From positions 11,564,741 through 11,628,740 of the forward strand of contig OZ037768.1 in assembly GCA_964035545.1 (NCBI GenBank): a DNA stretch of 64,000 bases, in the 5' to 3' direction. Position numbers and translations under genes: made by a program. The first letter of the stretch is position 1; the number at the start of each line of letters is the position of its first letter. Below the pieces are notes generated by a model, which saw only the letters and a program-made list of their open reading frames with translations, searched no databases and was not told the DNA's origin. The stretch comes from Bugula neritina (taxonomy: Eukaryota; Animalia; Bryozoa). This document shows positions 23,936 through 36,565 of the stretch, one piece after another.

Positions 23936-26900
23936 TTAAGTTTGATATCGGTTTTCAGGCGCTGGAACTAATGGTTCATATGTTAGGTCTTCATTAAAAA
24001 CAGCAACTTTCTTCCATTCAGACTTCAAGCAATTTCCCCAGAAGGAGCTTTCAGTGCAGTATTCTCTTTCCTCTAAGTTGAAACAGTTCATGCCAATGAT
24101 GTTGAAAAACAGGTGGCCAATTGTATCAGCTAATGGGTCACCATACCTATTTGATGCTTTTTGTAAACACCGGTGTAATCTGCAATAACAAGTGTAGTTC
24201 ACAATAACAACGGCCATATAAACTATTAATGATGAAGTTTTTATTAAAAACAAATAGTATTTAGCAATACTTCTGCAGCATGGCTCAAGTCGAAAAGGGT
24301 GATTCTGTTTACTTCCCAAACTGGAAGATGGCAACAAAACCCATCACATTAATCTTGGTCTCTGTAGATTGATAACTCCGTACTAAAATTTGCCTATAAA
24401 CTTGCTCGTATGATGCAGCACAACTAAATTTTAAAACGACAAAACTAGGAGTGTCAAAGTGCTAAACATCTTTAGTTTGTTACTCTAAAGCCTAAATGAT
24501 AAATTTTATACATTTATATGAAACCCGCATATGATTCTAATTATTCCATTTAATAAAACTCACGAAAGCTTATATAGTCACCATCCCTGTGAGAAAACCC
24601 CTGATGGAAGAAGTTTTCGTTAACGCAGGCTAAGGACTTATCAAAATGAGGTACAGGAGCAAATACGACTGGGTGCTCTTCCTAACATCACCAATGGCCT
24701 TTGTCGGGCTTAAACCCATTACTTCATGCTTACTAGGCAAACACTCTAACCCCTAGACCACGGCAGCTTATTTCATTTAATAACCTACAGCTAAAAGTTG
24801 CCATGTTGGCATACTAGCTAACTAAATGATGAAATAGCTCTGTTGCTATAAACCAATATGTAGGACTCAACTTAAATGCTTATCTTACATACCAGGAAAA
24901 TTTTACTAGAAGAGACAGGCTAATTATTTCAAAATGCCATTATGGACTTTCAGGAAAATATTTTTGAGCAGTAGGAAAAATATGGTCAAAGTCCAAAATA
25001 ATAATTCAGAAATTTTAATTTGTGGAGCTGCAAAATGAATTAGGATTTAATAAATTTGACCTCTAGATTTTAATAATCATTTTTCAGCCTAGTTTATTAT
25101 CTGCTTAAAATACCAAAGGCATTATGATAGAGCTTTGGTATATATTAGGCAGCCTTGGTTTTGAGGTCAGTCCATGCAATGCTTAGCCAAACAGTTTGTA
25201 AAATATGAAGCACCAAGTTTTTAAAATGCTTGTTGCATTCTATATTTTGGATTTACATGCGATTCGGGGTTTAAACTTTCCAGCAAATCTCCACTATAAC
25301 AGTTCCTACTTGACAAGCTGTTTATATATGGTACACTACTCACTTTCTATCACAGGAGCAACTGCTTGCAGTGAGAAGGCCGAAGTTGAAATAGTTATAT
25401 TTAGTTGATAGAGCTGGTATTATATCAGGACAATGATCATGAGCTCTACAGCATCTGTCTGTATACTTGTTTTCTCCCAAGTCGTAGAAATTTTCAGCTG
25501 AATTACCTTTTCCACACCATTTTGTGCCTGTTTATAAAGCCAGGTTTATTATTATGAAGATATTGTATATTTTAATATATTATATTATTATGTTATGTTA
25601 TGTTCTATATATGCTACAACATATAATATTATAGCATATATATAACATATATATAATAGAAGGAGTATTAAAACATGTAAAATATATGTTATATTATTTC
25701 TCTATGCAAAATTTCACCCACTAATACTCTTTGCTAATAAAATAATATAACATTTGCATACTACAATGCAATACAATACAATACAATGCAATACAATACA
25801 ATACAATGCAATACAATTTAATACAACTCAATGCAACTCAAGTGAGCAAGTTGGCTGAACTGCATCTATCAGGAGAAAAATAAAAGGACTGAAAACTTTC
25901 AGCTGTAACTCTCAATTGAGTTTACCATTTTAATAGATGACAGGATAAAATGAAAAACACATTTGATGATGGCAAAAAATTTTATCAAGATTTTGCCAAA
26001 CAATGAAAATAAAGTGACATTGAAAAGACTGAAGTTTTTGGCAGCTTGCAAAGAATTTACATTTGGCAGTGTGCAAAGAATGCTGTCAGTAAAAGGGTTA
26101 TAGCCTGTAGGTAGGGCTGACTTGCTGAAGAAACACAAATACACATCCTTGTTTTGTAGAAGGTTACCTTCTACTAAGAGTTATGTAAATAGAGCACCTC
26201 TTGGTATGCCAAAATAATACCTGGGCACATGCTATCTGTTTTATCACTACATCTTAACAGATAAATCTAGGCTCATTTTAAATGTAGTTCAGATAATCAT
26301 ATAATGAAAAAATAACTAGCAAATTATTCATTGTTTTAAAAATTGCACAACAAGCCACTTGACTTGTAAAAATAGTTACTAAGAGGGGCTTAACTTGTTA
26401 GGATTATTTTCACTAATAAAAACCAAGTTCACTTTTGACCTTGCAGACAATTCAATTTAGAAAGTAGTAATGAGTAGTGATAGAAGAGGTATGTAGTACT
26501 TGTGACATTTCATGATTTGATATTGTCAAAACTTTTACTGTTATACTAGGCAGTATGCTTACTCATATTCTATCAGGTATTTCTACCCCAAGAAGTTGTC
26601 TGTCCTTAAAAACCAAGTAATAATGCACCCCCTAGTCTACACACAAATGCGTAACTAAAAACTACACATACATTTCTGTACCTAATTGTTCTAGCACACA
26701 CAAATTTACTCGAGATACAATCTATGCAGTTTACAGACAGTGTTTGTAAGCTGTCTGTAAACTAAATAAATAAAATTAAGACACTAAAATAGAGTGTCAT
26801 GTAAGCAATCATTCTCCAGGCAGTGCTACTTTTTACAGTTTACAAGGTGCTGGTGTTGGCAAGGGATGCTATTTGTGTTGGAGACAGCCATGTGTTTCTC

Positions 26901-27889
26901 ATAGCCACCAGGTTTTTTATGTGTAAAATAATAATGATAATCTCACAACAAAACCTGGTAAAAGTTTCTTTTTGCAGTAGGAAATTAAATTTTTACTATT
27001 ATTCTTATTGCATAGCCAGCAAGAAATAACAAAGAGAACTTAAATCATTTAGGAACAGTAGTGGAGAAATTAAGATAGCCTAGCTTTTTAATTTTGGTTT
27101 GGGGTGCGGATTGAAATTCTCGAGAAAACATAACTTTTTATGCTACATTTCTAATCTAGAACACAGGCTTTTCACAATTTTTCCATGTTACTGCACCTAC
27201 CTCACTTAAATTACAAGACTATCTTTTTATACTGGATAAAAAATGGCTATGGACTTTGAAAGCAAAAAACATCTGATCGAGCAATATGTCTGCTGCATTT
27301 ATAGAATCTCACCTGGATAAACGAGGTCCATAATTCCTCGCTTTTTTCTTGTCTCACTTCCTGTGACGTCTTTTGCTGCTTCATCACTAGACTGTGTTAG
27401 TGAACTGGCTCTATTTGATCTCAATGTGCTTTGAAACTCATTCAAGTTCATGCCATGGAAAGTGTAACATTTTTCTATCCAAAAAGTAATGTTAGAAATA
27501 TGGTTTAGACCATCTTTGTGATGACGGATGTTGTGTTTCGCTGCTTTAGTGTACTTTGAATGAACATGTTTGCTCAGCCTTCGTACTTGGTGTGCGGAGT
27601 TTGATACGTCACAGTCAACCATCTGTGTAGAGGGAGAGAATATCAGTTGAGCTATATACGAGCTGTTAGTCACCTCTAAGAGTCGAAGAGATGAATTGCC
27701 TTTCACCACTGTTCGCTGCCATCCAATAACCCCACCGAGTCCAAAGACAAGTTCTGAATAACCTCGAGGAGTAGTCTTCTTTATTGAGAAATTTCTTTGT
27801 AGGATTCCATCGTCCTGGTTTTGTACCACAACTCCTGCCGAAATGTGTGCAGTGAATAGGAATAGTAGCAGAGCCGGAGTTGGAAACAT
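23936..27889 (-). CDS. Secreted group III (bee-venom-type) phospholipase A2 with long pro-region, 334 aa
   Basis: Exon 27889-27313: signal peptide MFPTPALLLFLFTAHISAG, pro-region, RKKR, GIMDLVYP. Exon 25527-25344: GTKWCGKGN..DRCCRAHDHC..CSCD. Exon 24179-23936: LHRCL..IGHLFFNIIGMNCF..*. The Ca-binding loop and catalytic His/Asp are intact. Confidence 0.95.
24557..24767 (-). mobile_element. tRNA-derived SINE, copy 2, with 16-bp target-site duplication
   Basis: Reverse-strand homolog of 19639-19836; flanked by TTATTCCATTTAATAA (24541-24556) and TTATTTCATTTAATAA (24768-24783). Confidence 0.9.
25758..25840. repeat. (AATAC/AATGC)n pentamer microsatellite
   Basis: Direct. Confidence 0.85.
27052..27197 (-). 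mobile_element. ~150-bp MITE family (TIR GGTGCAGTAGTGGAGAAATTGAG-like), copy 1
   Basis: Imperfect TIRs with TA flanks; homologous, in inverted orientation, to 52648-52805 and 55625-55782. Confidence 0.75.
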
Positions 27890-27947
27890 TTTAATGCAGT
27901 AAGTTGAACAGCAGAGATGGAATGACTTTCAACAGCACTGAATCTGC

Positions 27948-27956
27948 CTTATATAT
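27948..27956 (-). promoter_or_regulatory. TATA box candidate for the PLA2 gene
   Basis: Minus-strand TATATAAG ~60 nt upstream of the ATG; CACGTG E-box at 27975-27980. Confidence 0.55.
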
Positions 27957-28589
27957 GAGCACAGTCTGGTGCTGCACGTGCATCGATGAGTAATTAATTA
28001 ATATGGATAAAAAGCTACAGTTAGTAATGCTGCTGCTTGTAGACCCGTGATATTATGTCATAATACTAATAATGCCATTGGCTACTAGTTTTCATATATT
28101 CTGTTGGATTCCTTGACTCCAGTGGCTCCAATGGCTCCAGTCTTAAGGCAGAAGAAGACTAGACTGTCCCAGATATCGGTCACTCTTCAGCGTCTTAGAC
28201 TATCAGCCTGCCTCGTGATAACTCAAGTCTTGATAACAGCACAGCGTATCAGATTTTCAACTCAATTTTAATCAATTCTTTCCTTTGGCAAATCAAAATA
28301 ACAAGAGATAATATTGGTGCAGTAGATTACAGCTAAGCGTTTCTTGCATGAAACCAGCTAGGGTAGTTTATAATATATTACAATACAAATTGTGATGTTG
28401 TTTGCTTGTTGCTGTATTTTAGTTACCACTACAGCTGTTTATATAAAAATAAGTAACCTTTACCTATCTTGTGTAATAAAACTGATACTCTATTGATGTT
28501 GAAGGATCTGAGAACTGGTGGTGCTACAAAGTATTACATTTGAATTAAAATAAAACTAATTGACTATTCAAATTTGCAAGCCTACTTAC

Positions 28590-28772
28590 TAACTGTTTCG
28601 ATAAACTGGAGAGCTTCTTCTGAAGGTTTAGGATATTTATCAGGGTTAATGGACAATGGGGCATCGGTTGTAAGATAGCCTGCGTCACTAAATAAGCAGG
28701 AAGACATTTAGAACTTTTTAAAAGAGATATTAGAAAGCAGCACAAATCTACAAATATTTTACTATTAGAGTT
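28590..28772 (-). pseudogene. Duplicated CATIP exon 2 (28590-28687) plus upstream intron flank
   Basis: 98-nt copy of 33306-33403 with 13 substitutions, no indels, and AG and GTAAGT retained; ~85 nt of intron flank also homologous. Confidence 0.8.
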
Positions 28773-29973
28773 ATTTTTAATAAAAAATTGCATAATATGT
28801 TATGCAAAAAAACAATTAGTGTTGAACATTATATGCATTTTTAGTTGTATACTGATTAAGCTGCATGTTATAATACCAAGGAAATAGCTTCTACTATGAG
28901 CACACATAACATCTTATACTAAGCTAAAGACGAAATCAAAATATCAAGTTCATTGGAGTTTTGTTAAACTTATATGTGTAATATAGCATGGAAATATGGT
29001 ATGGCTTCTCACATGCTATATTATAATATACTCAAGTCAGCGCTGACTATATAGGGGGCAACACTTGCTAAGTTCAGCTTACAAAAGTTAACGTGGAGTC
29101 TCTCAAACACTGTGAGGCATTCTTAAAAAATGCAAAGTATTTTCCACTAAAGATCAGATTTGTGATCTGTAAGTTTACTAACATTTCCTACATAGACTAA
29201 TTAGATCAATGCAACACACCGGGTGACCAAGTTATTCCCTTCGTAGCACGGATCGTCTGCATTGACAGTGCATGGACTACACGTCACAACAGCTGACCCG
29301 TATGTTCAACTTGACTTAATGCTGCAAAGTTGTGCCAAAATGATTGCAAGCGCAAGCAAGCAATAAAATAGATATTATAACGCCGACACTCTCAACTCTA
29401 TTTATGGCTTCTATTGATGTGAAAACAACACAATTATTCGTGAAGGTTCTACTGTAATTAAACAGCACTTTGTAGAGTTTCAAGAGGTCACCAGGCTATA
29501 TGTACATACAAGTAAATGCAGCATTCAGTCACAAAATGAATATGGAGCCATACAGCGACTTGGCTAGAGTAAAAGAAAATATCAATATGTTGAAACTGCC
29601 TTGGCAGCCTAGAAAAACACATCAGATGAGAGAAGTATTGTAATTTGGATTATAATTAAAATTATATAAGCAGCCAGTTGCACAATGATATGTCATGTAA
29701 TGAACATCCTGCGGTAGTGCTTACAGTATGTCATTTAATAACAATAATTAATTAACTGCTACATTGAGTGTTCTTCATACAAAATGAATAATAAGATCAA
29801 GTTCCTTCGATAAGGTTTTATGAAAAAATATAATTAAATCAAATTTATTATACGATACAGATTTCATACATCAGGCAGTGAAAGGTAAACAAAGCTAATG
29901 GATTCATTTTCAAGGCTTAGTTACCAGCCATATATACTTGAATTTACAAAGAAAAAGAAAAAAAATGACACAA

Positions 29974-32900
29974 TCATTTTTTCTTATTCAATTTTTGGTT
30001 AATACTGATGATAGTGTTAGTTCTCGACATTGGGAAAGGAGTAGGTGCGGCGGAGTTAGCGTACGCTCCCAAATCTACAGCCCGTGAAGAAAACGATGCA
30101 AAGTACTCTCCAGCAAAGTTTAGTGTATCTTCAGGTTTTCGAAGGAGGAGGAACTGGAGAAAGTCTGCTAGGATAGCGTTGAGTTCTGGATGATGACGAA
30201 CATACATTGCATGGTCATCTTCTAGCTCAGCCTTCAATAACAAATGTTTTAACGATTATTCTAAAATCCATCCTTCAAAAGTAAAAGTATTGATTGTAAA
30301 ATGTTTATAAATACTCAGATATTATACATAGAAAATAAGACACTTATGAACTGCAATATAATACAATTACTACTATCACATAGAAAACAGAATTCTACCA
30401 AATATAGGCTGGTAGGTTTTACGAAACTACTAAAGTATAGGAAGTTAGGAAGTTGAGTTACAAAGAGATACTTCCACTGTTTTCTAAATTATATTACACA
30501 ATTCAACAATAATATGTTACCCAATAAATACTTTTGTTTGTTAGTCAGTAAATGAATCAGCTGTGCAGACAAGCAACAGATACGGCTAATTATACTCCAC
30601 ATGGCATGCTATTTCCATCATATCTTTATGGAGCAATGACAGTTTTATTGAATTATGATGCCTTGTAGGGATAGAATTGCATACCTTCCTATCTTGGTAT
30701 TTTGAAGACAGCTGTACATCCTCTTCCCAGTCCAGCTTCTGTTTGCTAAATGTTGGTTTCTCAGTATACTCATCTGTCAACACAACTTATTCAGTTAGAA
30801 AAAATGTTTTTCCCTTGAAAACAAATTTCTTCACAATTCAACAAGCACACAATATGTTTTGTATCATCGTAAAGTAAATAGTAGTAGTGCTATACACACT
30901 CTATAGTCTATACTCCATAATATTGTCTATAATATTATTATCTATAATATACTCTATATTATACTATATAGTATATCCTGTAATTTACTCTATGATATAT
31001 TCTATAATATACTTTATAGTATACTCGGTACTCTATAATATTCCATATACTGTATTATACACTATAATATACTCGATAAACTTTACAGTAGACAGTATAA
31101 TATACTCTACATAATTTAAAATATACTCTAAATACTCTATAATATATTCCATAATATACTTTATAATATACTGTGTAATAATATATTCTCAGGGTATATA
31201 CATCAACTATTTTTGTGCCACTCTTTACGTCATACACTTACCTTCAATAATAGGCTCAGGTATCTTTGTCACTCGCATGATGGCCGGGGATCCAACTTGA
31301 ACCCGACTTGTTAAATGTCTAAACAAATTAAGAAATATGTTTTATGTCGTTTAATCAATTGAAAAATGTACAAAATTAAATGAACACCTACTTGTAAGAG
31401 ACATAACTTTCGAGCATTAGTAAAACTATAAAGGGAACATAACTCCTTTAGTATAATTGTTGGAAACTTTACAAATACAACTAGACATGGTACACACCCA
31501 AACTGATCAAAGTGAGAGTGCCAGGTAGTTGGGAGGTCAGATATTGACTCAATCTCTCTCTGTATACCCGTAACAAGTAAAGCTTCACCACCAATTGTCT
31601 GACTTTTAGATGCTAGATTTGTCTGAAATGTTGAAAAAACGGGTGTACATATATCTCAAATATGCTTACAAACTTATGTTTCAAATTTCTAAAAACTAGT
31701 AAAAAATGTTAAATATAGATTATAATAATAGCATGATGGTGCAATTTGGCTTAAAGAAATACTCAGAACAGCTATACGTCTGTACCATTTGTTTTTTTAG
31801 ATAACAAGTTAAATTTGATGAACAGCATTTTTATATATAAGAAAAGCAGACGTTATTTTTGCCAAGATTGTAATTTTTTTCAAATATGCTATTAGTGAAA
31901 CCTCTGCCTTTATCAACACTAATATTTATTTGGTTAAAAGCAAATAGTAATAAAACCTGACAGAAAAAGTGCCTATGCAATAATAATGGTACTAATTTAC
32001 TCAAGTCAATTTGAAGTTCAACCAATGACCTGTGACATACGTTAATGGCTCGATATCATCTATCAATAGCTTTACTCTTAACCCTAGTAACCAAATACTA
32101 GGCAAAAATATTTGAATTAGATTGTAACAAATCCATATTAGATCTGTGGAAAGATTTTTTACATAATGTTATAAAAATTAGCAACTACTGTTAGCTAGGA
32201 CATTAATTGCTAGTTTCCAAAAACTACCTTACTGAATGTTTACTCACATATGGAGATTTGCACAAGTTTCCATCACTGTCAAAAGAAATAGCTTGAAATC
32301 CCGAAGGCAATCCTTTTTTAACGAGTAGTCTGAGAAGAAGCAGATTTGAGCCCTCAGAAATAAAGCCCTTCATGGAGTCTAGCGAGTAGACATGTGACGA
32401 GCGCTCTGTTTTCTCCCCTTGTGTAATTACTCTATTGACTTGGTACTCCGTAGCTTCTTTGGTCAGTATAGTCTTTTTATCCAAAGCAAAATTGTCCAAC
32501 TATAATATATAAAATATAATTCACTTATAGACAGCATTAAACATCACCACCGATACTGAACTTCTAAAATCAAACTGTGTCTATAGATTAACAATAAAAA
32601 ACTGATGTTGCTTATAAAATAAGTCAAATGAAATATCTGAAGCACAAAGTAGTGTATTTATATTAGCCTTTCCAACAATTATCATTGTAACAACTGTTGT
32701 TTAAGAGGCAAGTGGCTGTAGCTAGTTTACATGTAACATGTAAAATGAGAGAAATACACACCTTGACAAACTCATGGTGCTGTTGCTCTAATGTGTCTAA
32801 AGACTTAGACACAAATGCCGTAATAGTGGTTCCACATGGTACGCCATCAATTGTTCCTTGGCTGTTAGCATGTACAAGAAAACAATCAACCTGATTTCTT

Positions 32901-33992
32901 TTAACTGGAGTTACAGTAACCACAAACTCTCCTAGCTCTCTACCACTCTCAGACACCGTCACTAGCTCATCAGAGAATAATAAGTTTTCAAAGTCACTGG
33001 GAACTAAAACGGAAATACATAGCTGTCCAATAACTGAGTGCATAATAATCTGCGGAACTTGTTTTACAATTTCTTATTGTAATTTACATGACTTAATCTA
33101 AACACAATTTCAGTTTGGTAAAGTAAAAACTCAGTGTTTGTAGCTAATCTTAAGTTGAAGCACTTTGAAAATAATGTCATTCATTAGAAAATTAAGTCCT
33201 AAAGGTACAATGTAGTTACTGAATATAAATTTTAAAGGGACATTTAATAAAATCAAAAAACTAAAAAAAGAAACTATTTGATTAATTAAATACAAAGACA
33301 CTTACTGACTGTTTCAATAAACTGAAGAGCTTCTTCTGAAGGTTTAGGATACTCAACAGGGTTAATGGGCAATGGTGCATCGGTTGTGAGATGGCTTATG
33401 TCACTAAATAAGCAAGAATAAATTGAGAACTTTTTCAAAAAAATATTAGAAAACAGAACAAATCTACAAATATGTTACTATTAGAATTGTTCTACACGAC
33501 AAGCTGTACATTGGGGTTAGAAGATAATTGTTAGAGCATTAGTTAAATAATAGAATTGGTAGTCTATATCGAGTCATTATATAAATATGCAAAATATAAT
33601 TGTATATTACAGGTAGCTTATATAGTTAATTACATAATGCCTATTATAACTTATATTATGCACAATTTTTTTCTCATAAAATGCTTTTTAAAAAATTATA
33701 TAGCCACTGTTATGTATTAATCATACTATCAGTATAAAATCTTAGAAAAATTTACAATAAGGTTAATAAAATTCCAAATTTACTTAAAGTAATTTAGTAC
33801 TAGTAATATGTGTAGTAATTTTTCAAAACTATTATAATTAGCATGAGTATTAGTAATAGTAATAGTAAGACCAATTGTATTAGTTTTGAAAAAGTCGACT
33901 CATTTTTTCTATAAGTTATTTTTAAAAAAGACATTGAGTTTATTGATTTACCTGGATGCTGTGTGAGGGTGCTGTGCACTTAATGCTGCCAT
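29974..33992 (-). CDS. CATIP: Ciliogenesis-associated TTC17-interacting protein, 393 aa
   Basis: Exons 33992-33952, 33403-33306, 33003-32762, 32499-32248, 31622-31498, 31318-31242, 30773-30685, 30231-29974 join in frame (1182 nt). Motifs LFSDELVTVSESGRELGEF, HANSQGTIDGVPCGT, GFISEGSNLLLLRLL, GHLTSRVQVGSP, WEEDVQL, and the C-terminal HPELNAILADFLQFLLLRKPED docking domain. Confidence 0.93.
30888..31195. repeat. Degenerate ~12-bp minisatellite (TACTCTATAATA)n
   Basis: Direct; lies in a CATIP intron and explains ORFs 30887..31114 and 31055..31237. Confidence 0.85.
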
Positions 33993-34318
33993 TACAATAA
34001 GTTTATTTAATATTACTCATTTATAAATACTAAAAAGCAAACTGGACTACAACTGACTTTGACTTTTAGTTCAATGACTCGCACAAATTCAATTTCAAGT
34101 CCAAGCTAATAAATAGCAATCCTAGTTTTTTATATAGTAATTGATTTATGGAAGTAACTTGATAAAGTTGCTTAAAATCAAAAATATTTGAATTTAAATA
34201 TATTCAAACTTTATGGTATTTATTCACGCTAATAAAATTGTGAGTATTAGTTAATCCAAGTAGGAGCATCTCAATTTAAAGAAAGTGTTGTAGAACTCTT
34301 AACCGGATACGAGTGAGC

Positions 34319-34331
34319 GTGACTAAGCAAC
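34319..34331. promoter_or_regulatory. X-box (RFX site) upstream of CATIP
   Basis: GTGACTAAGCAAC fits GTNRCY-N-RGYAAC; ~330 bp upstream of the ATG of a ciliary gene. Confidence 0.6.
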
Positions 34332-34533
34332 GCAGTACAGTGACAATATTATTTTGACAAGTCGCAACAACATATAAAAATATAGAGCTACAGTACATTT
34401 ACTAACAAAATTAAAATGTTATTTAAAACAATTTATTTTAAATTTAAAATAACGAAACATTTTTATAGAATTTGAAACTTGATTTTGTTGAGCAAATCCT
34501 TACCATATTAGTATTACATTAGCACATTATCGT

Positions 34534-35315
34534 TTAGTACCGTCCTAGGCGTTGCGCGGTGATTACAAACAACACCTTGTAACTTACGATCATTGAAATA
34601 CGACTCCCTTGAGCTTTAATTCATTGGTTGCAATGGCTTCAATCCCTCGCTCAATATTAATAATTATTATTTTCTGATACTTCTAACCCTACGTTATGTA
34701 TGTGACTATGTCAGCATGACTATGCTTAGCTCTACCAGCATCAGCATGGCTATGTTCATTGTTCTACAAGTACAACCAAATTATAATGATAATGATTATC
34801 ATTATGATATTGATAATGATAATCATAATCATAGTGAATAAATATTATAATCATAATGATTAAGTGATAATCATAATGATAATATTAATTATAATGATTA
34901 GCTCGTTATGATAATTAATATGATTATCATTATGATAATGTTAAATCAGCAACCACTAAGTCTCTGTCTAAGCGGGTTAGTCTAAGTCAAATAGCAATGC
35001 TGATACTCAAATAGAAATAGTAATAGTAATACTCACTTACAGTTAGTGTTGCTGTAAGACTAAGTGTGATACTGGGACTATCGAGTATAAAGGGATACTT
35101 CCTTAGCACCGAACAGTTAACCGGTATTCGATTTCTGGTGTAGTAAAACATATTATTAAAGCTATCGTCATCGAACAATACTTGGCAAGGTCGAGAAATT
35201 TAGCTAATCAAAACTAACTTAGAACGCGATTGGTTGTTCTAAATTTTAACGGTAACTTATAGAAAATTCATTTTAGTTCTTGAAATTTTCTTAAACATTG
35301 CTTTTATTAAATAGA
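34534..35315 (+). mobile_element. Possible decayed non-autonomous Helitron/Helentron-type element
   Basis: One end has a GC-rich hairpin-like cctaggcgttgcgcgg, the other has GCTTTTATTAAATAGA, and the interior has a (GATAAT)n-like satellite. This resembles invertebrate HINE-type elements; single copy in window. Confidence 0.4.
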
Positions 35316-35779
35316 AAATTAGTATTATTCTTAACGTTCACTCATGTATAATATAATTTATAAACTGTTGGTTAATAGTTTATATGTTGTTGTTTTTATA
35401 TTCATGTAACCAGTATTAGTATCTTAACTTTACAATTTAAATTTTTTTTGAGAGAACAGATTTGCCATGATTGTAAGTTTTTTGTTAATAATTGTAAGTT
35501 AACTCCAAGAAGTCAGTTTTGTGAAGATAAATACGATCATGATTTTTAGTAACAGTCAGTTCGCTACTTTTTATCTTAGTGTGTACATTTTACTATTCGA
35601 ATAAATCTCATTAGTTGCAATCTCCCTGGCTCTTTGATTAATTTACCATTGAGTTTGAGTTGCAATAGTGGTGAATATACTTCTAAGTGGTGACTACTCT
35701 TGTGCTGAACTTTTCAAATGACTTTAAGATTAAATTCTACAAAAAGGGAATTTTAATCCAACAAGTAAAATTTATTTCA

Positions 35780-36565
35780 ACTCTCTGACAGACAGCAGAC
35801 CATTTTACTGGGAGAGGGGGGAATTTCTTAGAAACGCAAGGCAACCTCAGGAGTGTCCCATATCACATTACAAAATCGATAACACATGCCTTGCATGTGC
35901 AGAAAACACCAAATACCTTGTGGTAACAATCCAGTCAGACATAAGATTTGATCAGCACATAAATAAGAAGTGTACCAGGTCGCGGAAAGTTATCGGAAGA
36001 ATCAAGCACTTGATGTATGATGCCCTAAAGGAGGCTAAGCTACTGACCTAACCTTGATTTTGCAGATGTGATTTGAGATCTTGGGACTAGAAGCAAGATG
36101 CATGATATAGAGATGGTCCAGAACAGTGCCATGCTATTCACAAGCAATCTGAAGGGAAGCACTGACAGTGTATCTCAGGCGAGAAATGAGTTAGGACTCT
36201 GGTTGCTGGAAGACAGAAGAAAAAGCCATCACTGTGTTTACTGACCTAAATTCTTTAGCATGAGGATCAGCACCGAACTCTATCCATAGCCTATGACGAG
36301 ACTATTAAAGACAGGGAACTTGTAACTGTAGCCACCCGGGCGGCTGCTAGAGGAGAGCTTATTTCGATATCAACTAGAAAAGCATATTCCACACTAGTTT
36401 TCTGCCACGGACAATTCATGAGATGCGAGGAGAATATAACAAATAATTACTCAATAGCAAATGCAAACTCTGGCCTAATATAAGTTGTCCTTAGAGGCTT
36501 TCCTATAGACATTCCTGTTGCTACAGAAGTTCTACCTCAACTGAGGTAATAAACTGAGATAATAA
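35780..36565 (+). mobile_element. 5'-truncated, internally deleted non-LTR retrotransposon relic (CR1/L2-like RT 3' end)
   Basis: Broken translations DRQQTILL..ATSGV, TKYLVVTIQSDIRFDQHINK, HDIEMVQNSAMLF, SVSQARNELGLWLLEDRRK resemble LINE ORF2 C-terminal motifs; stops and frameshifts present. Confidence 0.8.

Noticed and set aside
30887-31237. Tyr/Ile/Ser-rich hydrophobic ORFs
   Set aside because: Translations of an intronic minisatellite.
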